A stretch of DNA of 64,000 nt from positions 8,605,677-8,669,676 of the forward strand of contig CM082592.2 of assembly GCA_040954595.2 (NCBI GenBank), given 5' to 3'. Each line of letters begins with the position of its first letter. The first letter of the stretch is position 1. The DNA is from Balanoglossus misakiensis (taxonomy: Eukaryota > Animalia > Hemichordata). Below the pieces are notes generated by a model. The model ran no database searches and was not told where the DNA came from. It saw only the letters and a program-made list of their open reading frames with translations. Positions 52,480 to 64,000 of this stretch are shown in pieces. Made by a program: the position numbers and the translations under genes.

Positions 52480-55195
52480 GTAAGTATGAGAGTATGGCTG
52501 CTCTGTAGTTTTTGGTCACCCTGTCCACCCCCGGCTAGTGGACATCATTTGGTATCAACCGCGTGTTGTGTACTGCTGGGTCGATCCACTCAGCAAAAGT
52601 GTGGGACGTGAGAATTTCACACACAGGCAAGAGAAAAGCCTGGAGTTCTTGCAACTGTTCCTCCTGACTCGTTTGTAAAGCTGAGCTTTGGTTTCCATGG
52701 CGATGCAATTTGCCACTGAGACCTTGCTTTGTATGTTCGTGGCAAGTGTCTGATATACAATCCAAGGGATAATTCCTGGGAGCTATAAATGATACCTATC
52801 TCAGTGTTCGCCTGGCTAACTCTGACAATATATTGCTGTAAATTTATTGAATAGCAATGAATGGTGGAGTGTTCTACATATATACATAATATAATACAAC
52901 TGTGTAGTATGTTTCAGTGTGTTGTAAAAATAAATTTATTACTTCAATCAAATTCATTTTTCATCAATAACTGCATATGGCACATAGAATGACTGTGTAC
53001 ATTATAAGGTGCCTTTCACATGTCTGAATTTACAGTAGGTGAATAAACTTTAAAGTATACCTGTTGCTAGGACACAGTGGCCAAAAAATATCATCACCTT
53101 AATTACCAGCTGCTGCACAGAAGTCATGCACGGGTCTCTCTCATGGAGGAAGGGATATGTCAACAGCTGTTCATTTGTAAACTGGTGCAGCTCTAGGATG
53201 TATTCCCTGCAGGGGATTCCAAAGTCACGATCGTCCCCTTTTGCTCAGTCTCAGGGAGGAAATCATCCGTGATCGTCATGAATTTTCCGGTGGTGGTCAT
53301 GTTCAAGGTAGCGCACCTGTGTTCGCGCCGAGTGATGTCTCGGATTGAGATGAATACTGAAAAATTTTCACGATGAATTCGCTGACCCCTTGAACTTTTG
53401 TGAACACTGAACACGGGGGAATTGTTACGAATTAAATTGCCTCCCGAATTAGCCCCTTAACCTTGAGTGTTGCTAAAAACAGCACAATGGCAATATTGAC
53501 AGTTTTGGTGGCCATTTTAATATCATATACACCAGTTGACTTAATATAATACAGGAAGTTAAGAATAATCAGTCGCTTGGGTATATAACTACATGTACCT
53601 CGCCGTCATGTTGTTGAAAGTTTATACACAATTATACCTCCCCAGCGGTAAGTACAGAAGGCAACTGAAACAGAAAAGGTAGATTGGTGTTTCAGCAAAC
53701 TCCCCACATTGAAGTGTTTGATACGAAGTCCCAAGTGGAATAGAATGGCTGTGATGAGTGGAGTTCGTACCGATATTATTTATGTGCGGTGGAGGTTATT
53801 ACGAGTCGCGCCACCTGTGGAAAGTGTACGTGCGCACTGTGGCTATAGAGTGTGTCATTGACAGATAACCCAAATGAAATATTTACGAAATTAAATATTA
53901 AATATGTATAAAGTGACAAAGGAAATTAAGTGGGCAGCCAATTGCGTGACTGCAAGATTTTATGGCCCCAGCGTTCATTACACTGCAGTGGGGAATACGT
54001 GTATATGCGTGTCGCCCGCAGGCATGAATCATCTGTAATACTCAAACTCTTTGCCACTGCAGTGTGGAAAGCTGGTGATGGAAGGTGAATTGCAGTGAAA
54101 GAGATTGAATTTTTATTGTCTACGACTGCGTTTGTTGTCGAGTAGGGCGAAATGAGAAATATAGCAGAAACTGTCAAAAGAAAAACAGACTGCCAGCCCC
54201 CAGGTTATATAGTTGACTAGTACTAGGCGATGTAATTTGCAATTCTGCCGAGGTAGGAATGAGTCATCAAAAAAAAGTTAAGATTTTGGAGATGAGTGCA
54301 GTTGACCTCTGAAATGCAGTGTGATGGACCTCCTCCTGATCGTCTGATAGACTGTCACACATCCAGGTGACGGCTTTAGATTTTAATCGATGCACGCGTC
54401 TGGATTCCATCCATTCAACGCACGTTTGGTATTCGGCAATCAGAGCGCCCGGTCTACGCAAGGCTTCATTGAATGCGAAGTCTGTCAGGAAAAACGGAAA
54501 GCAGAAAAGTGGTTTCCATGGTGACAGCTCATCTCCTCAAAGCGGTCTAGATTGGGTTTGGGGGGGGGAGGAAAGAGTAACATCATCATGGTCTGTCTGT
54601 CTATCTGTCTTGTCGGCTGGCTGGCTGGCACTTCTTTCATGCGGTCAGACATCTGTCTGTCTGCTGGCAGTGTTCAGCGAACGTCCTTCTCCTGAACTGG
54701 TTGCAAAGCATTCCTTTTTCACATTGATGAACGATTTGCCCCCGCATCATGAGTAAATGAGCAAATTTGTAAATATTGATGCTGATTGGCGTTTTAAAAA
54801 GTCAATAGCCTACAAAGTCCACAGACAGACAGACAGACAGATGGAGCATGTAAGTTACTGAGCATGCTGCTTGGCGGGAATTATCACCGGCAATGATAGT
54901 CTAGCATCTAAGCAGATGACCCGTGTAACAATATATCGGGTCCATTTCCATCCATGCCTTGTCTCCAAACCCTTTAGTGAAAACTCTCCGCATTTTCTCC
55001 TTGAGTGCCCTATCACAGCAAGTAGTGCAAGTATTGAGATCTGTGTCTACGAAGATACAACTTTCTGTTCTCTAAGCATTCACTATGGCCACAAATACCC
55101 AGTCCTGGAAAGCTCTGTTTCACAATGAAGCCATCATTGGGTCAGGGCTTTCTGACCCACATACATCCTCTAGATATCTTTATGTAGAGCGTTAA

Positions 55196-55284
55196 AATGA
55201 AAATGGTTTGAGCTGCACAGCTGGAATGTACTGACCACCGATTTTTCTTTCTCGATCAACACAGTAGCTCAAACCATTTCCATT
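55196..55284. repeat. 19-bp inverted repeat with 51-bp spacer (MITE relic)
   Basis: aatgaaaatggtttgagct and agctcaaaccatttccatt, matching 18/19. Confidence 0.75.
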
Positions 55285-57809
55285 GTATACGAGCTGGGTA
55301 GATTGTAGAACTTCTTGCATTACCAACAAAAAAGGAATGTAGTTAATGTGTATTAATAATTGTTACTATTTCTTTTCAACCCTTGTTTAAATTGCATGAC
55401 AAATTAGAAGGATCTCGTAAGTTAATTTTTCTATTTTTATTTCCCCATTGCATTATTGTCATTCACAGTATATCATTTATACGTACTGGCTGCTGTTTGC
55501 TTGAAAAGCTTTGACCATTTTATATTACTCCATTTTTTTAAGCATCATTCCTTTTGAGTTTTAATAAGAGGTGTTTTTGTTTCATTTTCATTCAATGCAT
55601 CACTTTTAAAACCATTTAGAAAGCATGTTGCATGTGTTTTAAAGCTGAAATCTACTCTGTATTAAAATTTACAAGCCTCTAGAAGTAGAAAACTTTGAAT
55701 TGCTTATTGGCTAAGTCAGATATTATCTGTGTGTGCATGCATCTGTTTGTGTGTGTGTGTGTACATAAAAGTCCTGCCAGCTATTCTAGAGCCAAAGCCA
55801 GCTATTCTAGAGTCCAAGCTCTAGATCACATACTGCATAGAAACGTGCTGTCTTTTATTTCACCGCTTTGCTGAAGGGGAAGTAAATGATGAGCACAAAG
55901 TGATGTAAAAATGCCAAAGTGTATCCATAATTTCATGTAGTATGTTTCGTGGTAGGTTTAGATGAGAAAGTAAAGAATTGTTTATCAGGCTTGATACTAT
56001 TCTTGAGTTTGATCATTCTAATAGATACCTTGAAAAACTGTACTCTTTGCAAGTACTCTTGACACCATTAATGAAAGAAAACACACGGATCACCATGAAA
56101 TCGTGTGTGCTTGGAATCCTACCTGATTGTCTCAAATTGACTAGTTTTCAAAATTCAAAATGGCTGCCAAACTGTGATAAAAAAACTTATCAAATGAAGC
56201 CAAAATAGGGTCGCAAGCTGGCCACTGTGTACCTTTGATATATGTGAGGGCTGGGCCATCAACTATTGTCGAGCAAAAAGATGTCGTAACTGAAGATTAC
56301 CTGTCATCCGATGCAGGTTCAGATTAGACGCGATTAGGAATCTTTATCTTTCAGGGACATCTATATTGCTGTAATTTCACATTCACTTTGCTCAAAAACC
56401 CCTCTAACCATAACATTCTTGAAATGTCCTTCGTTCTTCCCGGTGATTTGTCAGGGGCCTGAAAACCCTGCAAAATGGAAGGCCATTATCGGAAGATCCA
56501 TGTAATTTGTCTTGCATGCGGAAGGCTTGAAGTAAAAATGGCAATTACCTTTCATTTGATGACATGCACATTATACGTGTAGTCTGGGTAGTCGAAATTA
56601 CATTATGTGTAGCGAGGCAGTAAATGTCACTGTGTCGATCACCAATCTCCAGAAGCATGTTGCACAGAGAATTTGTACTGATACATGAGCAAGGTAACCT
56701 CCAACAAATCATGAAATTGTCTTGTGGCATTTACTGGAGATTGTGCTCATTATGACTATTTAAAGGCATGGATCGCAAATATGGCTAATACTTTCCAGTG
56801 GTTAAGAAATGAAGCAGATAATATTCCTGTCTCTGAGTTTGTTTACTTCCCTCATAGTAGAAACGATGACGTTCTGGTTTCTAAAGGACTTTGTAAATTG
56901 CTTTTTGTTTCCTTAAGCAGTCAAACCTTGACTGTTTTCTAGTTAATGTTGGCAATGGATCACATTTTATTATGTCCAAAGCAGAATACAGCCTTATTAA
57001 TATTGTCATTTATGTGTTACAATCCAGGTTAGTTTTGTTTGCCAAAATGGTTTAATTTGCTTTGTGGTCATAAAAATGGCAACAGGCCATGTATTGGTTG
57101 TACTAACTCATATGGAGTTGGATTTGCGATGATATAAAGTCTTTTGACAGTTATTTTTACAAAAATAACCTATTTATCAGCATCAGCAGCAGTTGATTTG
57201 TTCAGGAAATAAATGATCTCAGTCATAGTTTCAGCTGGTGTTTGCAAAAATCATCAGTGGGCCAGAATAACAGCTTGTGCCAATTTCCCTGCCTGTTGTA
57301 CCATCTACCGGGTATCATCTTCGGATGTCATGTATTTGTTTAGCAGGATTACTGTACCTCACTCTGACTAATGTGCAATTGGCGTTACATGGACATTGAT
57401 TATAGAAATGCAAGCTTGAGAATATCGTACCTGCTTTTATCATTGTCAAATGACATTTAAAAGTAATTATGGGCCCAAGTCTGGACAGTGTGGGCAGGAT
57501 GACAACAAATCAAATGTCAAACACAAACAAGATGGTGCCTCATATTATGGACTTGGTTTCCATCAAACATTCCGTAAAATGTTGATGCTGGCACTAACCA
57601 AATGCAATTATAGATATTTCTGCAAGGCAGACACAGAGAGCGGTTAACAACATGCATGTTTTGGTGATCATAGTCTAAACCAGTGACTGAATGTGCTTTT
57701 CAAATTGAACAAAAACCATTTATTTTTCAATGTACAATAACCAAATGAGTCCAAAAGTTACAAGTGTTAGATGTGCACATGCTTACTCCTGTTTTCACTT
57801 TTCTTGCAG

Positions 57810-57884
57810 CCCTTTTCCAAGAAAGCAGTAGATCATGTACAGTCTAAGCTCACCAAGAGAGAAGTACCTACAAATTTATTTGAG
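57810..57884 (+). CDS. GRK2: GRK2/3 exon 5
   Basis: Boundaries cttgcag|CCC and GAG|gtaaga; PFSKKAVDHVQSKLTKREVPTNLFE; 75 bp. Confidence 0.96.
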
Positions 57885-59539
57885 GTAAGACCACTTCTTG
57901 TACCATCTGATGCCATGGGTAAATGGAGAAGCTATCAGAAATGCTACATCTGAACATTTTGTAATAGCAGTATGTAGTTTCACATTACCAGACAGTGATT
58001 TTGAATGTCTTCAGGGTTTCTTCTCATGCTCAGAAACAAGCTGGCTGTGTCATTAGCCAAATAATAAAGTCACCTGCATCTATTTCATCTGACCGAATAA
58101 AAAAAACTAGCTCTGTGCAGGGAACACATGTATTATGGACTACATTTAATACGCTTGATAATGTGACTAATTATTATCATTAATCCTACAAGTGTGAATA
58201 ATCCAGAAAATCTCACGTCTGTAGTGAGCTGTGGCAGATCATTTGTGTTAATTCCGACGTGAGGGCTTGAGGGAGAAAGTATCTCTTTACCAAGTAACCA
58301 AGCTACCGTAAAGTCTTTGCAGTCTTTTGAAATTTTCTGAAGGCATTTGGCTAATTTGGAAATGGTTAGATGGAGCCTGGGAAGTTAATTTGTTTCTGCT
58401 AGTGGCCTAGACATAGTTGGCTACACAATGATGAGGAAGAAAAAAGTCTGGGATATAATTTGATGAGTATGCATACGGCATGTTGTACTGAAATGTTTCT
58501 GCGACAGTCCTAAATGAGGGTTCCCAGTACTGTAGACTTGGATACGAATGACAATGTGAATTATATATGTACATATGACCTGTCATCTCAGTCACATTAA
58601 ATTCACTTACTTGTAAGCACCAACTGGGAGCTGAAGCTTTAGTACATAATGTATTATTGATACGAAGCACACTCATGAAATCAGTTCTTTAATCAGGGTG
58701 GTTGCAATTGATGGAAATGAATGGGAATTAGGTAATTACAAATGAGGATAGATGGTATATTTGCGAGGATGGAATCAGATATCAAGAGAGCAATGAGAGA
58801 GACCCTCACAGATGGGAGTTTGTAATATTCTCAGTGTTGATAAATTGGTTTTGAGCACAGCAATGAGCTATTTGACTACAGGGATTGAAACAGAAAAAAG
58901 TGTTCTGACATGACAGAAGTAAAACTTAAGGAAATGGGAGACAGTGTGTCGCACCACAAAGTCTCTTTGCTCGTTAAAGATTTTCTCAAGAGTGTAGTAG
59001 TGTGCTGTGTATTAAAAGAAGAACATACATAATAAAAGATAATCGTGACTCAAGATTGAATTATGATCAGCACGCGGTATAATTCACTTAATGAAACGCA
59101 CAGGAAATCCATTAGATAACGCATCGTTTTTTTCTGTCGGTTTTTGACGCGTTCTTTGTCACCGATTTCAATCGATTCTGTACATTGGCAGTTTGTGAGA
59201 GATAGATTGGCCCCGTCAGCTTTGACCTTAACTCACCCAATTGTGTAGATAGAGAGAGTGAAAAACAGATAAACATCTGGTTGTGTCAGGTGGATCTGGG
59301 AAAGTCGTGTAAGGTGGTACGTGTGGGATTTTAAGAGATTGTGAGATTTGGGGGGAAACATTTAGTAACTTGGTCGTGATCGTTGCTTGGTGATTTACCT
59401 CAGGGTCATCCAAGGGATGTTGAAGTTACGAAGTCATAAAAATCTGTTGTATTTTGGAATTTGCAGGACAGCACAAAACACTTCTCACTTAAGGCAATAT
59501 CCAAAAATAATCACACTGACTTATATTCTTCCTTTCCAG

Positions 59540-59601
59540 CCATACATTGAAGAAATTTGCAACTCTCTTCGAGGGGAAATTTTTAACAAATTTGTAGAAA
59601 G
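59540..59601 (+). CDS. GRK2: GRK2/3 exon 6
   Basis: Boundaries tttccag|CCA and AG|gtgaga; PYIEEICNSLRGEIFNKFVE; 62 bp. Confidence 0.96.
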
Positions 59602-60580
59602 GTGAGAATTTTTGCATGTGTTAACCATCCTTCTGTGGTAGTTCTCAGTTCTGCCCCCCTCCCCCCCCACCCCCGTAAGCAATATCAGATGTATTGTATT
59701 AGGTCTCGCAAAGATTTATTGATATTCTCTTTAAAAATAAGCTCTCAGGTTTATGTGCAAAATCTTTGGTGAACTGAATGTCTCTTGAATGTATCACTGC
59801 TTTGAATGCGCTGATTTATCAAGCCGGTACAAATTTCCGTCTCAAAACTGATCGGCTCAGAAAATATTTATAACTACTGAGTGTGTGAGACCTGAAAGTT
59901 TCACCCTATCACCCCATGGATACTGTTCCCTCAGATGTATTTTATGTTGACCCAGACTCCACTGGGAGTACTCGAGCTCATGCTCAAAAAATAAAAATGG
60001 CATGAAAATCTCAATCTGGTTGCTTGCGTAATGGAGTACGAGCCCTGGACAAGAATATATTACCCAGAGAAACCTGGATATTGCGCAGGAATCAATTCAT
60101 AACAATTCATTCCGTTCAGGCCTGGATGAATAAACCATGAGTATTAGCCCTCGCATTAGTCTCTATATAAGATTGCACATCTATTACACCAGCATGATAA
60201 TTTCCATGGCAACCTATTGATAGTCTTGTAGGTTTGGATAGCCGTTCACGTACCAGAGGTCTGTCTCTCCAGGCGCCTGCCGTTTGTTATGATATTAGAC
60301 ATTAGAAAAACACTGTATATTACATGACTGCTTGAATCTGAAGTTACGCATATATTTGTCTGCTACATCTGCGCTGATATGGTCGAAACGTCATAGTTGA
60401 CAGATTCGATGAGAGATATGCGATTTCAGAATTCTCCCAGTGAGTGCCAGTGCAACGTGCCCAGCTTAACCAAGTTGATGTTACTAGACAAATACCCACA
60501 TGTATGTGTTAAATTTTCATACAAATAAATTATTGAATGTATTTTGAGATTGGTAATTGTGTCTCTATCTCTTTCTGCAG

Positions 60581-60632
60581 TGAAAAATTTACCAGGTTTT
60601 GCCAATGGAAAAACGTAGAACTAAACATAAAT
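60581..60632 (+). CDS. GRK2: GRK2/3 exon 7
   Basis: Boundaries tctgcag|T and AAT|gtaagt; EKFTRFCQWKNVELNIN; 52 bp. Confidence 0.97.
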
Positions 60633-61606
60633 GTAAGTATATTTGGAGATTGTCCAGTCCGTGTGTGAAACTGAGAACTGATGCCTTGTGTTTCGAAAAG
60701 AGTGAACAACCCTGCCCCACGTGTGGCATCTGCCAGACATCTGCAACAAAGTTATTTTTAGAGAAGTTTTCAGAGAGTTTGAAACATGGCAAGGCAATTT
60801 GAATTCCTGATGTCAATTGAACATAGGTGCACTGTATCAATGCTATGACAAGAATAAGTGTAGGTCATTCTTAGCAACGGAACGAAATGTCACAAGTCGC
60901 ACCAACAGATAAAATTGAATAGAGTTTATTTGAGATAAATTGTATTATTTAATGATAACTGTGAGTTTCCCAGATTACTGTCAGTTTCTGTCAATTGAAA
61001 AAAAATGCGCACAGCCATTCGGTGAAGGGACAAATAGTGACCCTGCAAAATAGACTTACAGACAAATTTCATAACAGTGAAATGCCACTGTGAGTTAAAA
61101 ATGACAGATAAAACTAATTGTATCAAAATTCTCATCAGTCTTGACTTTTTCAGGTCAAAACCTGATTATTTCACAGCACGCTACTTTTACTGCTGCTGTC
61201 AATTGGCAGTATCCTGGAAGTCAAGTCTTGGCACTTTTGAACAAAGCTGTCAGCCCTCGTTGCGATTAACAGACACTGTCAAAATGTCCGTCTCAGAGAA
61301 CTTCTGGCATTTTATTGGCTAGGAAAGATGCTTTCTGAGTGGGCAGTCATGCCCCACTTGTTATCACCTCACAAAACAATTTATTTGTAAATTATGGGAT
61401 CATGGCATAGATGTTTCCCTTCTTGGGATTATCAGAGCCAATGTGGCCAAAATCAATGGCCATGTGGTGGTGCTCGTTTCATGTGGCCAGGCCATCCAAG
61501 TTAAAATCTGTGATCGCACACATCTCCACTTTCCATGCCAATTGTGGCTATTCACCATCTCGTAGGCATTCTTTAACTTCCTGCGGTTAATTTTCTGTTT
61601 TGCTAG

Positions 61607-61698
61607 TTAACAATGAACGACTTCAGCGTTCACAGAATTATTGGCAGGGGAGGATTCGGCGAAGTGTATGGGTGCAGAAAAGCAGACACTGGCAAAAT
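61607..61698 (+). CDS. GRK2: GRK2/3 exon 8 (kinase Gly-rich loop)
   Basis: Boundaries ttgctag|TTA and AT|gtaagt; [30 protein letters not shown]; 92 bp. Confidence 0.98.
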
Positions 61699-62183
61699 GT
61701 AAGTGAACATTTCTTCTCTTCATAGGTACACTAGAGCAGTTTGCAATCATTAAGGGGGCAGTGTTGTTTACTTTTGACACGATTTGGGTTACTTTAGTTT
61801 CTTTAGATGTTGTTATTTGTAAAATGTTTTTATTTGTAAAATATTTCCACACTCTATTAGTTAAGCAAAGGTCGGGAGGACGTTGAAGATTTTTGATTTT
61901 CTACGACTCTGTTTTCTTTAAATCAATCCCATAATACGGACTGAAGACAATGATGGGAAAAATGGCAGACTATGAAAAATAAGTCGCTGTAGTGTCTTCG
62001 CTCAGATATTTGAAATTAGGTCGACAAAACTTGATGGATGTACATGTCGGGTGAAGAACAGACACTTGTCTGATAAAATATTGATTTCTGTGTTTTTGTT
62101 CCCTGATTGTAATTGTCATGTCGTGATTCTTGAATCTTTCTGGTCGCCTGGGTTTGTTGCTTGACTGGTCGGGACGGACTCAG

Positions 62184-62280
62184 GTATGCAATGAAGTGTT
62201 TAGACAAGAAGAGAATCAAAATGAAGCAAGGAGAGACACTAGCCCTGAACGAACGCATCATGCTGTCTCTGGTCAGCGAG
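62184..62280 (+). CDS. GRK2: GRK2/3 exon 9 (catalytic Lys220, alphaC Glu239)
   Basis: Boundaries actcag|G and GAG|gtaagc; [32 protein letters not shown]; 97 bp. Confidence 0.97.
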
Positions 62281-63189
62281 GTAAGCCAGCATTTTTTTTA
62301 ACAAACAACAGCAAATGAAGATAATTTTCAAGATATAGTACTTTGTATAAGTGTATAAGTGTATTGCATGAACAGAACTCCAGTGTGTCACATGCCATTG
62401 TGAAAATGTACAGAATTGAAAAAACAATAAAATATAATGTTTCTCACAATGATAATAATATTTGTGTGTGTGTGCGTGTGTGTCTGGGTGTGTAATTATA
62501 AACCATGAATACAAACACCACTCCCCGACACTGCTGCCTAAGCCTCACAGTAATTTACTGCCTATTTTATTTGAAGTTGGCTACTGCAGATATTTTTTTT
62601 TCTCTCTCGCTTTGGTGAACCCTATTTCTGTTCTGGTCACGCAGTCTCTCTCTTGCAACTTCCCCTCACAGCTTAATGGAGGAAGCCTTCATTCAGCTGT
62701 ACCACAAAATGACCGACAAACGGCCGTCATTATGGCAGATTACAAATAATTTAGCAGCTTTCCATGACTTGTTCGAATCTCAGGGAAACTTACAATATTG
62801 GGATCGTTGCCAATCTGTTTTTAATGCCCGATGTTTCGGGTAAATAACCGGGAAACGATCAGATAATATTACATAAAGGATTGACTTGTTATGGTACCTT
62901 CTCCCCAAATACTTTTATTTTACTGAGCTGTTCATCCAGCTAAGTAAAATCAGTCACCCTCAAAACTATAAACGTGATTATTGGGCCAGCTGTCTGCAGC
63001 CGCACATCTGAATGAAGGCTTCCCACAGTTGTAAGCTTGTAATATTCCTGCTGAATACCCGTCTGTGTAATAAATATCCTGTTGTTTTTTTTATTTGATT
63101 TCACGGTCTGCTGATATTGACTGTTTCCTGGTGATGTGACTGTCTTGTTCATGGTTAAACAACAGTTGCCATAACTTGTCAAATTGGTT

Positions 63190-63502
63190 TCATCAGATGT
63201 GTAATAAAGTTTCATTGAGTGTGTTTCGCCTGTTAAACTGCAAAAGATTAATCTCCAGTTTTGTTTCTGCGTTTCTCTCAGCAGTTCTAAGCGGTTCCTG
63301 CATAGCAACTGGCTTTGCTCCTGTACGTGTGGCGGCCATGTTGAATACCAACATGGCCGCCGCCACCAAAACAGCGAACTCGTACCAGTGCTTTCAGTTA
63401 CCCGAATGCTACCATGAAAACAAAAGCAAAAAATCAAGTTCTGTATTTTTAACGATAAACACAGCTTTTCAGAAAGCATCAGTGAAACTTTCAATGCAGA
63501 TG
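63190..63502. mobile_element. Decayed palindromic element with a perfect 13-bp central hairpin
   Basis: ggcggccatgttg-aatac-caacatggccgcc at 63331-63361. Weaker symmetry further out (aaagtttcattga and tcagtgaaacttt). Confidence 0.5.
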
Positions 63503-63627
63503 ACTCTTTGATAAGGGGTGGTGGCGTTGCTTCTGGCGAATTTGGGGTGGTTGCGTTTGTACTTTTTAAAAAAGAGTTGATGACATAAGCACTCTCTGTA
63601 CTGATCTTATGACACCCTTGACTTTAG

Positions 63628-63709
63628 GTGGACAGTCCGTTTGTAGTGTGCATGACCTATGCATTTCATACTCCAGAGAAGCTGAGTTTCATACTGGACT
63701 TAATGAGTG
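63628..63709 (+). CDS. GRK2: GRK2/3 exon 10 (to hinge); gene continues beyond the window
   Basis: Boundaries ctttag|GTG and G|gtaagg; [27 protein letters not shown]; 82 bp. Confidence 0.95.
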
Positions 63710-64000
63710 GTAAGGCAACAGGCTAGATTGATAGCTAAGTTTAGATGAATGTATCGATAAGAAAAAAAAATCCCCCAAAAGTATGTCTGTTGTGTGGACG
63801 AACTGCTCTTGGAAGGAGGGGGGGGGGGCTCTGCACTCAAGCCTGAACCTGTTCCGTGTGATGACACATCGCTAAGTTGAAACCTTTCGTTATATGCTTT
63901 TGACTTGTTGGGTTTGTACGGCTAGATTCAGCTGTCGCAAACAGGAATTACATTATAACAATCGGGGTGTTTTTAAAAACGGAGAATACAGGTTCATGCG

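Noticed and set aside
53213-53307. GC-richer stretch bounded by cag and gt in GRK intron 4
   Set aside because: 95 bp with an in-frame stop in phase 0 and a weak donor (gtagcg); no recognisable protein on either strand.
62940-63494. 184-aa minus-strand ORF
   Set aside because: Lies in intron 9 over a decayed palindromic repeat; no domain or splice support.

Overview
Animal genomic DNA, AT-rich and intron-containing. Gene structure and repeat style suggest an invertebrate deuterostome such as a hemichordate (inference). There are two spliced genes, both on the + strand. (1) A golgin-160/GOLGA3 orthologue at about 310-10739, with 12 phase-consistent coding exons giving about 1571 aa if the ATG at 310 is the start. 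(2) The 5' part of a GRK2/3 (beta-adrenergic receptor kinase) gene from ATG 17163, coding exons 1-10 (about 275 aa), continuing beyond the window, with a 34.3-kb third intron (18072-52377). Most short ORFs in the track are noise or shadows of GC3-rich coding sequence. I saw no rRNA, tRNA, CRISPR array or transposase. The most unusual signal is a 184-nt intronic fold-back (41851-42034) with three CGAG/CGAG tandem G.A pairs, a GCA triloop and G.T wobbles that all favour one strand, as expected for a structure selected as single-stranded DNA. Other candidates are regulated splicing around GRK exon 9, an alternative golgin C-terminus, and repeated RFX, CRE and nuclear-receptor motifs. None of this proves a new biological system; all of it was read by eye and human comparisons are from recall.
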